In this document: positions 19,003 to 31,500 of the stretch, one piece after another
Numbering within the stretch: position 1 is the stretch's first letter
Layout of the letters: each line of letters starts with the position of its first letter
DNA from: Rotaria socialis
Lineage: Eukaryota
DNA length: 64,000 nucleotides
Assembly (NCBI GenBank): GCA_905331295.1
Contig: CAJNYD010000014.1
Span: 248,001 to 312,000 of the forward strand
Reading direction: 5' to 3'
Notes under the pieces: generated by a model
The model's database searches: none
What the model was told of the DNA's origin: nothing
What the model saw: the letters and a program-made list of their open reading frames with translations, nothing else
Program-made: the position numbers and the translations under genes

Positions 19003-20000
19003 TTTCTCTGCTTCTCTTTTTTTTTTGTTCTGTTCATAATCAATCTCGGCATATTTATTATTCTCGATTATGCATGTTTCTCACTTGTCATTTATTCTCA
19101 CTATCGAATTATTGCTCGTAGAAGATTATTTCGTTTGTTTCGTCTTTTTTTTAAGCGGAAAGAAACGAGAAAAAGAAAAAAGATTACATTCCATTCTCAA
19201 TAAAAGAAAAAGGAAGTTTTGCAAATTGACTGTTTTTTCTTTATTTGAGTATTATATTAAAAGCACCTTGATCGGATTTTTTTCCTTCTCACTTATATGT
19301 ATCATTCTCATTTTTTTTCTTCTTTTTCTTTTGTGCTCATTCGCTCATGTTTAAAGTGATTATTGGAGAGCAATGATGATCAATAGTTTTATTCGTTATT
19401 ATAAAAAAAATAAAATAAAAACATTCTTATCATAATCATAAGACTAAAAATCCATTGAAATAAATAATGAATGATTTCTTATCCCACGAGACAACTTCTG
19501 TCATCTTTGTCACGAAATACGTCTTTATAAGATTGTATATTTGTTCGAAATGATCTCAAACAGTTGTTCATATCGTTTTACTTGTGTACGAGTGTAGACA
19601 ATTCTTATTTTAATCATTCGTTGTAAACTTGAATAATTATAGCCAATGAGATATTAAAATTTTATTTGACATGCTACATGATAATTTGCATCGAGAAATT
19701 TGAACACTTATTATCCAATAAATTATCAATAATGTCACTCAATTAGTTTCTAATTGTTAATTAGCAGTTACTAAGCAACGCTATGTGTTTCTAGTGCGTA
19801 TACATTACGTGTATGTATACACTAGGCTGGATATTTCAAATGACGTAATACGCACTCTGTTGTAGAGGGCAGAATACATGACATAGTCATTCTTCCTTCT
19901 TTTTATTCTTACCCACTTTTCCTTCTCTCATTCTCGATATTTGTGTCCGTTCTTTCTTTTTCCTTCTTCATTCTCTTTTCTTTCTTCTTCAGATTCTACG

Positions 20001-20025
20001 AGATGTTTCTCGAACAATCTGGAAT
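20001..20025 (+). promoter_or_regulatory. Heat-shock element upstream of hsp70
   Basis: aGATg tTTCt cGAAc aATCt gGAAt gives five alternating nGAAn pentamers (two imperfect), about 65 nt upstream of a TATATA at about 20091. Confidence 0.7.
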
Positions 20026-20230
20026 CTCACCGTCCATCGTTTACTTTTCTTTTTTTTTCTATGCTTCTACACACAAACTATCGTTGCTCATATATAGTAA
20101 GCTGCTAGTAGGCGGCCTGCAAGCATACATAACCAGACAAATTCATCATTGACTACATTGTTTTATATTAATTTGTAGATTTCCTCACAGCACATTTTCT
20201 TTTAACTATCATCAAATAAAAACTAGAACA

Positions 20231-22595
20231 ATGGCTGATGTCCGTAAAGCAATTGGAATTGATTTAGGTACAACTTATTCCGTAAGTTAAACATAAAATT
20301 AGCTTTCTTACACATTAATTTTTTCGTTGTTTTCTTTTTAATTTGAAATAGTGCGTTGGTATTTTCCAACATGGAAAAGTTGAAATTATTGCTAACGATC
20401 AAGGAAATCGTACAACACCGTCGTATGTTGCATTCACTGATAGTGAACGTTTAATTGGTGATGCAGCTAAAAATCAAGTTGCTATGAACCCTAATAATAC
20501 AGTTTTTGATGCTAAACGTCTTATTGGTCGTAAATTTGATGATACAACAGTTCAAGCTGATATGAAACATTGGCCATTTAAAGTAATCAATGATGGCGGA
20601 AAACCTAAAATTCAAGTTGAATATAAAAATGAAACAAAATCATTTACACCTGAAGAAATATCATCGATGGTTTTAACAAAAATGAGAGAAATAGCTGAAG
20701 CCTATCTTGGTAAAAAAGTAACCGAAGCTGTTGTCACTGTTCCAGCTTATTTTAATGATTCACAACGTCAAGCAACCAAAGATGCTGGTGTTATTGCTGG
20801 TCTTAATGTATTACGTATTATCAATGAACCAACAGCAGCTGCTATTGCTTATGGTTTAGATAAGAAAGTTTCAGCTGAACGAAATGTATTAATCTTTGAT
20901 TTGGGCGGTGGTACTTTTGATGTATCAATTTTAACCATTGAAGAAGGTATCTTCGAAGTTAAATCAACAGCTGGTAAGAAAAATTATTTCTGTTTTAAAT
21001 TCAATTATCAAAACATTTTTATTTTGTTTCAGGTGACACACATTTGGGTGGTGAAGATTTTGATAATCGAATGGTTTCACATTTTACTCAGGAATTTAAA
21101 CGCAAACATGGTAAAGATTTACAAGACAATAAACGTGGTCTTCGACGATTACGTACCGCTTGTGAACGTGCTAAGGTATATACGAATTCTTATTTAATAA
21201 TAAAATAGTTCGTTGCATTTGTTTTTCATATAGCGTACATTATCATCATCATCACAAGCATCAATTGAAATCGATTCTTTACATGAAGGTGTCGATTTCT
21301 ATTCGACCATCACTCGTGCACGTTTCGAAGAACTTAATGCTGATCTATTTCGTTCAACACTCGAACCTGTTGAAAAAGCTTTACGTGATGCTAAAATGGA
21401 TAAGTCACAAATTCATGAAATTGTACTTGTCGGAGGTTCTACACGTATTCCAAAAGTACAAAAACTTTTACAAGATTTATTCAATGGTAAAGAACTTAAC
21501 AAATCAATTAATCCAGATGAAGCCGTTGCCTATGGTGCTGCTGTTCAAGCTGCCATTTTAACAGGTGATAAATCTGAAGATGTTAAAGATTTACTTTTAC
21601 TTGACGTTGCACCACTGTCATTGGTAAGTTAATTCAAAAGAAGAAAAAAAATAAATTTCTTCTAAAATTTCTTATTATTTAAAGGGCATTGAAACTGCTG
21701 GCGGAGTTATGACAGCATTAATTAAACGTAATACAACAATTCCAACAAAACAAACACAAACATTTACAACCTATTCGGATAATCAACCAGGTGTATTGAT
21801 TCAAGTCTATGAAGGTGAACGTGCAATGACTAAAGATAATCATTTATTAGGCAAATTTGAATTATCGGGCATTCCACCAGCACCACGTGGTGTTCCACAA
21901 ATTGAAGTTACATTTGATATTGATGCAAACGGTATATTAAATGTATCGGCAATGGACAAAAGTTCAGGAAAAGAAAGTAAAATTACCATTACAAATGATA
22001 AAGGACGTTTATCAAAAGATGAAATCGAACGTATGGTTTCTGATGCTGAGAAATATAAGAAAGAAGACGAAACACAACGTGATCGTATTTCTGCTAAGAA
22101 TTCACTTGAGTCATACTGTTTCAATATGAAAACAACCATTGCTGATGAAAAATTAGCAGATAAAATCGATGCTGATGATAAGAAGAAAATTACTGATGCT
22201 ATTGAAGAAGCATTAAAATGGATGGAAGCAAATCAAGTAAGAACAACAAATCTATTTCATGCTCGTTTGTTCTATCAAGTTATTCTATTTATTTTTTCTA
22301 GCTTGCCGAAAAAGAAGAATTCGATCATAAATTAAAAGAAGTTGAAAAAATATGCTCACCAGTTATGACTAAACTCTATGGTGGAGCTGGTGGTGGAATG
22401 CCTGGTGGTATGCCTGGCGGTATGCCTGGAGGTATGCCTGGTGGATTTCCAGGAGGCTTTCCAGGTGGTGCCGGTGGTCCACAAGGTGCTGGCGGTAGTG
22501 CAGGTCCAACAATTGAAGTAAGACGATTAAAAAGATTTCATTTTTGGAATTACTTAACGATGATTATTTTCTTTATATTTTAGGAAGTTGATTAA
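20231..22595 (+). CDS. hsp70: Cytosolic Hsp70/Hsc70, 7 exons
   Basis: [69 protein letters not shown] repeats, and terminal GPTIEEVD after splicing. Confidence 0.98.
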
Positions 22596-22800
22596 ACAAA
22601 AGCAAAGTTTCGTTAGTTTTCTTTTTTTCTTTTTATTGTCAACATTATGGTGCGTGTAGAAAAAAAGAACGATGTGCGATGAAATGAAATTCTCATTAAA
22701 AATAAAATAAAAAGTCAACGAATGCAGATGAAGATTTGAAAATAAAGCACACACACACATATATATGTATAAATATTATTGTTGTGTCTTTTGTTTGAAG

Positions 22801-25285
22801 TTATGTAAAAGCAACACCATAGTAATTGTGTCCTGGGCTATTGAAACATTCATACGAACAGAGCAGTGCACGTTGAGGAATAACTGATATTACTTGATCA
22901 GAATGATTTTTTACACCTTTAAATGTTCGTTGTACATCAATAAATTCTACACATTCTAACCATGTATTTAAAAAGTAATTATGACAAAATTGACATTCAG
23001 TACATTGCATTAAAATATCTTTAGCTTTTTTATTATGTTGTATACGATCGCGTAATGTTGGTTGAAAATCAAATGTTGGATTACGTAATTCATTCATTGA
23101 ATGACGTGCACAAAGTTCTTTCAGTGTTAATATTTCATTTTCTTGTATGGAATGTATTGGTGAATGTTCTAATAGAGGATTGTGTTCAGCATAAAATTCT
23201 TTTAAATGTAATGTGTGAAATTTGCTTGGAAATATACGTAAATTATTACAAGCAACATCTAATAAATTTAATGAAGTTTTTAAATTTGTTATACTTTCCG
23301 GTAATTCAAGAAGATTGTTACGATGTAAAACAAGTTTTTTCAAGTCAATTAAATAGCCTATTTCAAGTGGAAGTTTTGTTAAACAATTATAACCAAAATG
23401 AAGTTCGATTAAGCGTGTACATAAGCCTATTTCACGGGGAATTTCTACTAATTGATTATGTTCGATAGTTAAAATTTCAAGATTAACTAAAATGCCAATA
23501 TCACTGGGTATTTGAGTTATAGCATTATTGTTTAAATTTAAAATACGTAAATTAGATAGCTTCGAAAATGATAATGACAAGGATAAATTACCGAGATGAT
23601 TGTTAAATAAGAGTAATTTTATTAAGCGAGGTAACGAGCCAAGAACAATAGGTAAATCTTCAAAATGATTGTTTCCTATATGATAATGAAAACAATATTG
23701 ATATGATTATTTAAGATAAGAGCAATTGTTTATTCAAATATAATAATAATCATTCGCTAATAAATTTTATTTTATTAGGATCTACGAGAATAATTATTTG
23801 AAGTGTAATAAATTTGTCATAAACTGTTCACGGTAGCTGTCTATGTTAAATATATTTTACATTCTACTGATAATTTACAGTGAAAAAACGATGAACATAC
23901 ACATCTAAAATTACGATATGTTGTAGGCATCTAAGAGAATAGATTTTGAGGAAAATATTCTAGTTGATTTCTATTAATAGTATGTCACATCGATTTTGAC
24001 AGCTTTTTCTTGTCAGATAACAGAACATGAAGTATAGAATAATCAATAGTGTCGATAAAACTCACTTGCAAGCTGTCACTGTCAAATGACAGTAATGGAA
24101 AACATGTTTCAAAATTCATATTAAGTAAGACATTTTAAATCTATGCCAGCATGTAAAACACTGACTTTTCAAGGCCTACAAAAACAAAATTCTGACTGAA
24201 ATTCACTTGTTTTGAAGTGTAGAAAAAAAAGTTTGGCCTTCAATAATTCGCATCGAGTTCAGCTCTGTCATATTAAGAGAAAAAGTCATGGCCTATTTTC
24301 TAATCCAACTAAGTATACCATTTTCTGTGACATGTGTTCTATTTCTTTCTTCTAGAAATACATAAATATGACGTTAAACTATTTTAACGATATATTTTTA
24401 ATGTTTCTAGAAAGAGAAATTGTGCATGAAAATTATTTAAAAACGGTATTTATTAGCGTTTGTTTTTCAATATTATTACATAGTACTAGAAAATTCGTGA
24501 GTATTAGTGTAGTTAGACTGGATTTAGTAGATATATTTGAAGGTCAATGTTTTCTATGGATTCTAAGAAATGAGTGTTACTCAGAAGAAATACGATTGAT
24601 TTTTAGAAAAAAGACAGCGTTGATGTACTTGTTTAAATTGCTAATATTCGATAATATCGACATTGGATTCGAGTTTTAGTACTTAATCCAGTGTCGTCGT
24701 AAATCGGTTTTCTAAATAGTACAACAAATCACATTATGATTATTCTCAGAGCTAATTTTGAAATCAGAAAACAAAAGATTGATGTCGATCTGACATATTT
24801 ATCATGATAAAAAAGAAACTTAATAGCTGTCCGCATCGCAAAAAAACAATCATTGAAGAAAATAAACCTTGATGTGTTTTTTTTATCTCACCTAAATTAC
24901 AAATTTCAACAGATTTCAATTTTCCAATTTCATCAGGCAATGCTTTTAGTTGATTTCCATATAGATCAAGTTCACGTAAGCCATCACAAACTGATAGATG
25001 TTTAATAGATGGTGGAAGATATTGTAGACCTTTTTGTGTAAACTTAAATGTTTTCGGGTGTGCTTTTAACGCACATGCTATTGCTCGATCGACTTGAATG
25101 GTATCAGTTTGTTGACGAGCAGAAAGCTTTGCTTTCGATGAAGATTTTGCTGTTTGAGTAGAATAACTTGTCTTTCGTCGAATCAGTAAACCATGAAAAC
25201 GTTCATAGTCGTCATCGGCATAGTCATCGTCATCATAGAAATTCTCTAATTCCAATTCCATGTTGTTCTCATTTAACAATGGCAT
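22801..25285 (-). CDS. LRRC69: Leucine-rich repeat protein, LRRC69-like (exons 24892-25285 and 22801-23675)
   Basis: Typical 23-aa LRRs (LxxLxLxxNxLxxLPxxI), then LTLKELCAR and a Cys-rich tail CQFCHNYFLNTWLECVEF...LLCSYECFN like LRRC69. Phase-1 intron of about 1.2 kb. Confidence 0.8.
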
Positions 25286-25833
25286 TGTATTGTTGTTCTT
25301 GTTTTTTGATTGTTTGCGTTTCCTTTCCTACCATTAACATGAATGGTTTTAGTAGTCGACAACAATTTTTCTTCTTTTTCTTTTTCAATACTACAAGTGC
25401 CATTTCTACTTTACACTCGTTGAAAGAAGAAAAAAGGAAATTTTAAAAGCGTTGTAAAAAAAGTGAGTCTGATCGATTGTTTCTATGATTCATTGATTAG
25501 CTCAAGTTCTCAAATAATAACATCTAATTAAATTAATCATGCAAAAACAAATTTCTGAATTGATTCATGAATAAATTAACCATTATTGCCAAGAGAGAGA
25601 AAAAATATATATAATTAAATCACCATATTACATGCGATAGAAATAGTTCATTTCTTATGCATTATTAATCATTAGCAAATGAATGAGAAATCATTTAAAG
25701 CTAAATTAAATTACATCCAACGCAAGGTATATTTGCGAAGTTTAGTACTAGAATAAAGCATGCTAAAATAAATATCAAGGTTTACTTTGATTTCTATCTA
25801 TAACTGTTTACGCAAAAGAAAACTGTGCGTATA

Positions 25834-26973
25834 TAAGACGCACCAAGGTCAAAAATCGAGCACGAGAAACTTCGTTTTATTATTACATGGTTGGATAGAA
25901 CTGGATGAGTAGATCATGAATGTCATCTTTAAAATATTTCTAGGCTTCCGTTTTGGTTGAGAAACTTTCAAAATACAAACTGCACGTGAAGAAGCGAATA
26001 TTTCACTTTTTCCGAGAAAACTCAAATTTACCTAGTTCAACAATGTTCTAGATGCAGAAAACTATCATCATGGAATTCAGCATGAAAATCTGAATCTACT
26101 GATGTAACTTTGACCAATAAAAAGCATAAGTTTCATGTTTGAGGAGCTTAACTAGGTCTCCATGTAAGCACGTTGAAATTGATCNCAACTTCCATGCAAA
26201 ATAAACATCAAATTCAGAATCAGCACAAAAAACAACATTGACTATCATAAATTTATCAAAAAATAATTTTTATCAAAATTTTACCAGTCGAGGACTATAG
26301 GGTAAAATCAAGAAAAAAATGACTGAGGGGAAGTAGGCTGGAATTTTGATAAATTTATGATAGTCAATGTTGTTTTTTGTGCTGATTCTGAATTTGATGT
26401 TTATTTTGCATGGAAGTTGAGTTTTGATAGCCAAAACCTCGAAATAAGAGGGTAATTCTGTAAGCTTTAGCCACCGATCAAGTAAAAATCGATTTTCTCA
26501 GAGGGGGAACAATGTTTTTCAAATTGAATTCATATTTCTGTTCGCTATCAGTTCGCGGTTCGAATGACGTAAGAAAGTCCGCGAATCGCTTTGAAAAAAA
26601 ATAGTTGATGACTCTACGAGACGTCAATTTCAACGTGTTTACATGGAGACCTAGTTAAGCTCCTCAAACATGAAACTTATGCTTTTTATTGGTCAAAGTT
26701 ACATCAGTAGATTCAGATTTTCATGCTGAATTCCATGATGATAGTTTTCTGCACCTAGAACATTGTTGAACTAGGTAAATTTCGAGTTTTCTCGGAAAAA
26801 GTGAAATATTCGCTTCTTCACGTGCAGTTTGTATTTTGAAAATTTCTCAACCAAAACGGAAGCCTAGAAATATTTTAAAGATGATATTCATGATCTACTC
26901 ATCAAGTTCTATCCAACCATGTAATAATAAAACGAAGTTTCTCTTGCTTGATTTTTGACCTTGGTGCACCTTA
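25834..26973. mobile_element. Foldback / long-TIR non-autonomous DNA element, TA-flanked palindrome
   Basis: 25834-26182 is the near-perfect reverse complement of 26624-26973, and 26186-26260 is the reverse complement of about 26344-26419. Both ends abut TA runs. No transposase ORF. Confidence 0.85.
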
Positions 26974-27114
26974 TATATATATATGATTAAAACAAATTGA
27001 AGGCGTACCAATCGGCTAGATTAGGTCCAAAGAAAAAAAATTATAAATAATAATTTACATGTTTAATTTTTATCTTCAAATCAAAAATAAATTAGTCATT
27101 AATAATACTGTTGA

Positions 27115-27219
27115 TTAATCTTCACGAAGATTAGCTTCGATGTCATCATCATTGATTTCTTCAAATGTACTAGGATGATGTAAAAATGATGGACCATGTC
27201 TTAATACTATATCATCACT

Positions 27220-27254
<35 letters not shown>

Positions 27255-28286
27255 TGCTTCCAGTTAATAAACGAAATAAACCTCGTGGTAAATGTACCGT
27301 ATCGTGTGATGCTTGTTGTCTATAACTACGTAGTTCTTCATTATCTTGACCTGCTAATTGTAATACGTCACTATCAATATCATACAATTGAAAAGCAATG
27401 CAACTAATACATTTATCAAAACCACTTCGAGTACATGAGCAATGCCACGATTGGCCACTTGGAAATGATCGATGACATATGTCACAACTAAAACCCGATG
27501 AAGAATAAAGACTTCCATCGCTACGTTTACGTTTGGCACGATTAGCATCGATTAATGAATGTCCTGATGGACATTTAAATATTGTTGAAGTTTCTTTAAT
27601 ATTTGGTGAACTTTTCAATTGCATATCGATCATTTTAGGATAAAGTTCTGCATGCAATGTTGCAACAAGATCATTATATTTAGCTGATGCTTTTTTATGT
27701 TGCTCAAGTGATTTTTTATTAACATATGTTGAGCCAAGAACAGGCACTTCATCACAATGTGCTCGAGCAAGATGACTGATAAGTTCTTGAGCATTATATT
27801 TTTTCGTATCACTCTATTTTAATGAGAACAATGAAGCAGTTTATGTTTTAAAAATGTTTTCATAAATGATTTACTTTCTCTTGACAGGTTTTATGAGGGC
27901 AAGTAAATGTTATACTTAAACAACGTTCCAAATGTTGGTCATATTCTTGTGGAAGAATTCGTTCGGAACACGAACATTTCATTGTGAGTTCTTCAAGCTT
28001 TGATTTATGTTTTGCAGATTGTTGAAATGAAAAATGTTCATCTCGACATAATGGACAGCCATTTTCATATTGACTTGAATTAGCATCGTTTGAACAAAAT
28101 ACTCGATGACAACACGATGTTATGTATGGATCTTCAGCGATCGCTATTTTTAAATTAAAAGCAATAATTATAATTGTTTTTTTTAGATGATAAATTATTA
28201 GTGTTACTCATGCAAATCGGGCACATAAGATCTCTAGCTTCTATCGGTGTTTCTCCTGTTGTTGATGTTGTTTTTTCTAGGTGCAT
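27115..28286 (-). CDS. RING-finger, multi-zinc-finger protein (putative E3 ubiquitin ligase), 3 exons
   Basis: Spliced sequence LMCPICMTIAEDPYITSCCHRVFCSND...GCPLCR (RING-HC-like), CSC...YDQHLERC (C2HC), FTCPHKTC...LISHLARAHC (C2H2), CPSGH...CDIC...WHCSC...FDKCISC (ZZ/C1-like), then an acidic tail. Confidence 0.8.
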
Positions 28287-28471
28287 TCTTAAACAATCTA
28301 TAAATATAAGCGTTATTTGTTAATTAATTGTGTGAAAATAAAATCAAGTCATAAGGCTACGGATGAATGACTCAAGGTAGAATCTATTTTTTGTAGATCA
28401 AAATATACTCGAGAACAATTCCATATGATAGATTCATTTGGACAACAAACCTGAACACAGACGTTACGTTA

Positions 28472-28571
28472 NNNNNNNNNNNNNNNNNNNNNNNNNNNNN
28501 NNNNNNNNNNNNNNNNNNNNNNNNNNNNNNNNNNNNNNNNNNNNNNNNNNNNNNNNNNNNNNNNNNNNNNN
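28472..28571. other. Assembly gap (100 N)
   Basis: Run of N. Contiguity across it is not established. Confidence 0.99.
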
Positions 28572-28585
28572 TCCTTTTTATGCAG

Positions 28586-31500
28586 AAACTAATACAGTTA
28601 GGGTTGTATCAAAACCAAATCGAAGATACGGGAGCGCAGTATTTAGCCGATGCATTGAAAACAAATCAAGTGAGATATTTCTGCAACTCTTACTTCCATG
28701 TCATTACTAGTTGAGTTTTGTGTATTTGGCAGATAAATTATTTAGTGTCAATGATGAATATCATCAGTTTTAAGCCTGATTAAGGCTAAAGATAGACACC
28801 TTTCATCAAATGTTCGTCTCTGATATATTAGCAAAAATCACTTTGGCTGTCACTGTCACGACTTTGTCATTCAAATTCAGATACTTGAATATAATCTTTG
28901 CATATGCCAGAGTTTGTTAGGCTAGTTTTATAAGAGAATCATCACCAGAGAGCCAAGAATGGTATATTTTTGAGCATACTCCACATTTACTTCTCTCTCA
29001 GATGTTCCTGAGGATGAGTTAAGTGTGTTGCAGATCAAACTATACTAGATTAAATGTAAGCATAGTATTCACTGTCCATTCTGGTTCTCAATTATAGTCA
29101 CTCAAGGAATTGCACCTATACAATAATCAAATTGGAGACAATGGAGCACAGCGTCTAGCTGAAGCACTAACTATTAATAAAGTAAGTGATCTTCTTTTAT
29201 AATGCCCAGATTACAATTTTTCTTTCTGTGGCGTACTCTCACCATAACATCGTCATAACCAATTCGAATTTGAGATTCCAAGACTGGAATGATATCTCAA
29301 AAGAAGAAAAGCTCATATGTAACTATTATTCCTGAGGAATTCATAGGAGCGTGAAGAATTTAATAAGGATACGACTGAGGAGACGCGTTTTGCCCTTTTC
29401 ATTAGAAATCATAGCAAGCTTTTCTTTGTATAGTACTTGACTTCTGCAAGACATAGGCCTCTTTTCTCGTTGAAGGTGTTAACTGCTACTCGGTTGAGAA
29501 CATGATTACAGTATGAACACACATTGCAATGTGTAGATTTGACATAAATATGATTTATAGCGTGTTTCTTAATCTATTCATGCTATTCGAAATGGAGTAG
29601 ATCTGGTCAAATTTTGTCATGGAATTGATGCAATCCACGTAAAATAAAAACACATCCTTTGTGAACACATCGATCAACTTCCTACGGGTACTCAAATTTT
29701 AACGCTTCTCCATTCTTTAGTGCCAACACTAATTAATAGAGGAAGTAGTGGTATGTTTCGCAGCGCTGTATCTTTACAGAGTTGAATAAATAAAAACCAC
29801 CAGAGAGACAGAACATGGTATTTCAGCTACACATGTATGGGAATAAAAGCAGTGATAATGTAGCGCAATATCTAGCTAAATTCCTTAATACCAGAAGGTA
29901 TGGCTATTTCGAGTGTTTCACGCGCTATGGTGGAGAATAAAACATTTTCGGCAATTATATTCCGTAACTATTGTTTCTGTTCAATTGACTCACGAATGTA
30001 GTTTCGATTGAGATAGATTGGCTTCGTCATTTCTCACAATGAAAACAATCTAGGATCAAGAAAAAGCTCAGATGAAGTGATCCTACTCGTGTTTTGGTCT
30101 GACAGCACATGAGAAATTTATTGTGAATACATTATTTCTTCAGGGATCCAATATGTAGTGAAATAGTAGGTTTTCAAGCAGTTACTTCGATCATTTACTC
30201 ATAGAATAATCGAATAAATCTTTCGAGACAGATTATCGGTGCCTTTTCTCATACACTATGAGATACTTCCCTCTAAGTAATAGAAACTCGAGTAATGTGC
30301 ATATGATAAGAACATGGAAATATACTTTCATAGTAATATTATTGGTACTGGTGTGTGTGTAATTGTATATCATCTTCGTTTGTAGCAGTATTTAGGAATA
30401 TCTCTAATCATTCAAAGTGCCATAGGCGTTTATTAAGTCATAAAACTCAGCAGAAACAAGACTAAAGTCTCGTGAGTTTGCTATCTACGAGGACATAGCT
30501 AATGAATGCAATTTATTGTTTTATGCCACTTGAAAATATTGTTTTGTAGAAGATATATAATGTGAAACTCAGATAAACTTTATATCCCTGAATTTCGTCT
30601 ATCGATAGTTGAGAGCATCGTAGTTCGCAGATGGAGTCGTTGAATATCATAAATATGTATCTGTCTAAGTAGCTTTCCCTCTTCAAAATAGGTACTCACA
30701 CAGATACATTTGTATGGAAACCAAATCGGAGACAATGGGGCACAACAGTTGGCCGATTCGCTTAAGCAGAACAAAGTAAGTGACTTCTTCAACTTTACAA
30801 CTAGTTATCAAATTTTTTTGAGTGTGATAAGTTAACCATATCGTAAACAATCAAAGCGCTCTTCTTCTTTTGTTGACATCTATCAGTTCTTTTCAAAAAG
30901 AGCGATATGAACCTGTATTATCGATATCTGAATTGAAGGGTCGAAGCCTGAGGACGCATCCCGCTTCGATAATCTCGCGGATTTCTTCTCTATTAAGATC
31001 TTCTGTGGTACTTTTAAAATCTATTGCTATATTGTTGAGTATCATAGTTTTTCTAAGGAATGGATAATTTCAAAAGTGTCCTCCACCATTTTTCTGCAGT
31101 ATTTATGTATGTCCATAGAACATAATAAGTTATCATTGAATGATTTAGTTCAATACTAAGGTTAAACTCAAGTGAATGTTTAGGTCATTTATGCGCTTAA
31201 TTCTACGAGTCATACGACTATTGCTTGATCGCAAAAGATTAGTTCATTCGTGCTTTATTCGACTGAGGGCACTCGAATGAAAGTCTATAGGTGTAGAGCT
31301 GATCTTTCAAGCTTTGAACTCGTTTTTTTCTTAATTCATCTGCAAGTAACATATTGTATTATTCTTGAAGCCTCTAACATTGTACAGTAGTTTGAAATTT
31401 GAGCCCGATACACGCATACGAGGACTTTAAAGAGAAAAATATCAGTATCTAATACCTGCTAATCTTTTTCTGTACAGAGTCTCACTTGGTTGAATTTGCA

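Noticed and set aside
21840..22139. Antisense ORF in hsp70 (similarly 4115-4501 in the carboxypeptidase)
   Set aside because: Codon-bias shadow of a conserved sense gene, with no independent evidence.
22391..22470. 12-nt tandem repeat resembling an array
   Set aside because: Encodes the normal GGMP/GGFP repeats of Hsp70.
27186..27407. Poly-His ORF
   Set aside because: Opposite-strand reading of the poly-Asp tract of the RING gene.
30170..30260. Possible further decayed LRR cassette (TSIIYS*NNRI)
   Set aside because: Similarity too weak and no matching splice donor at the expected distance.
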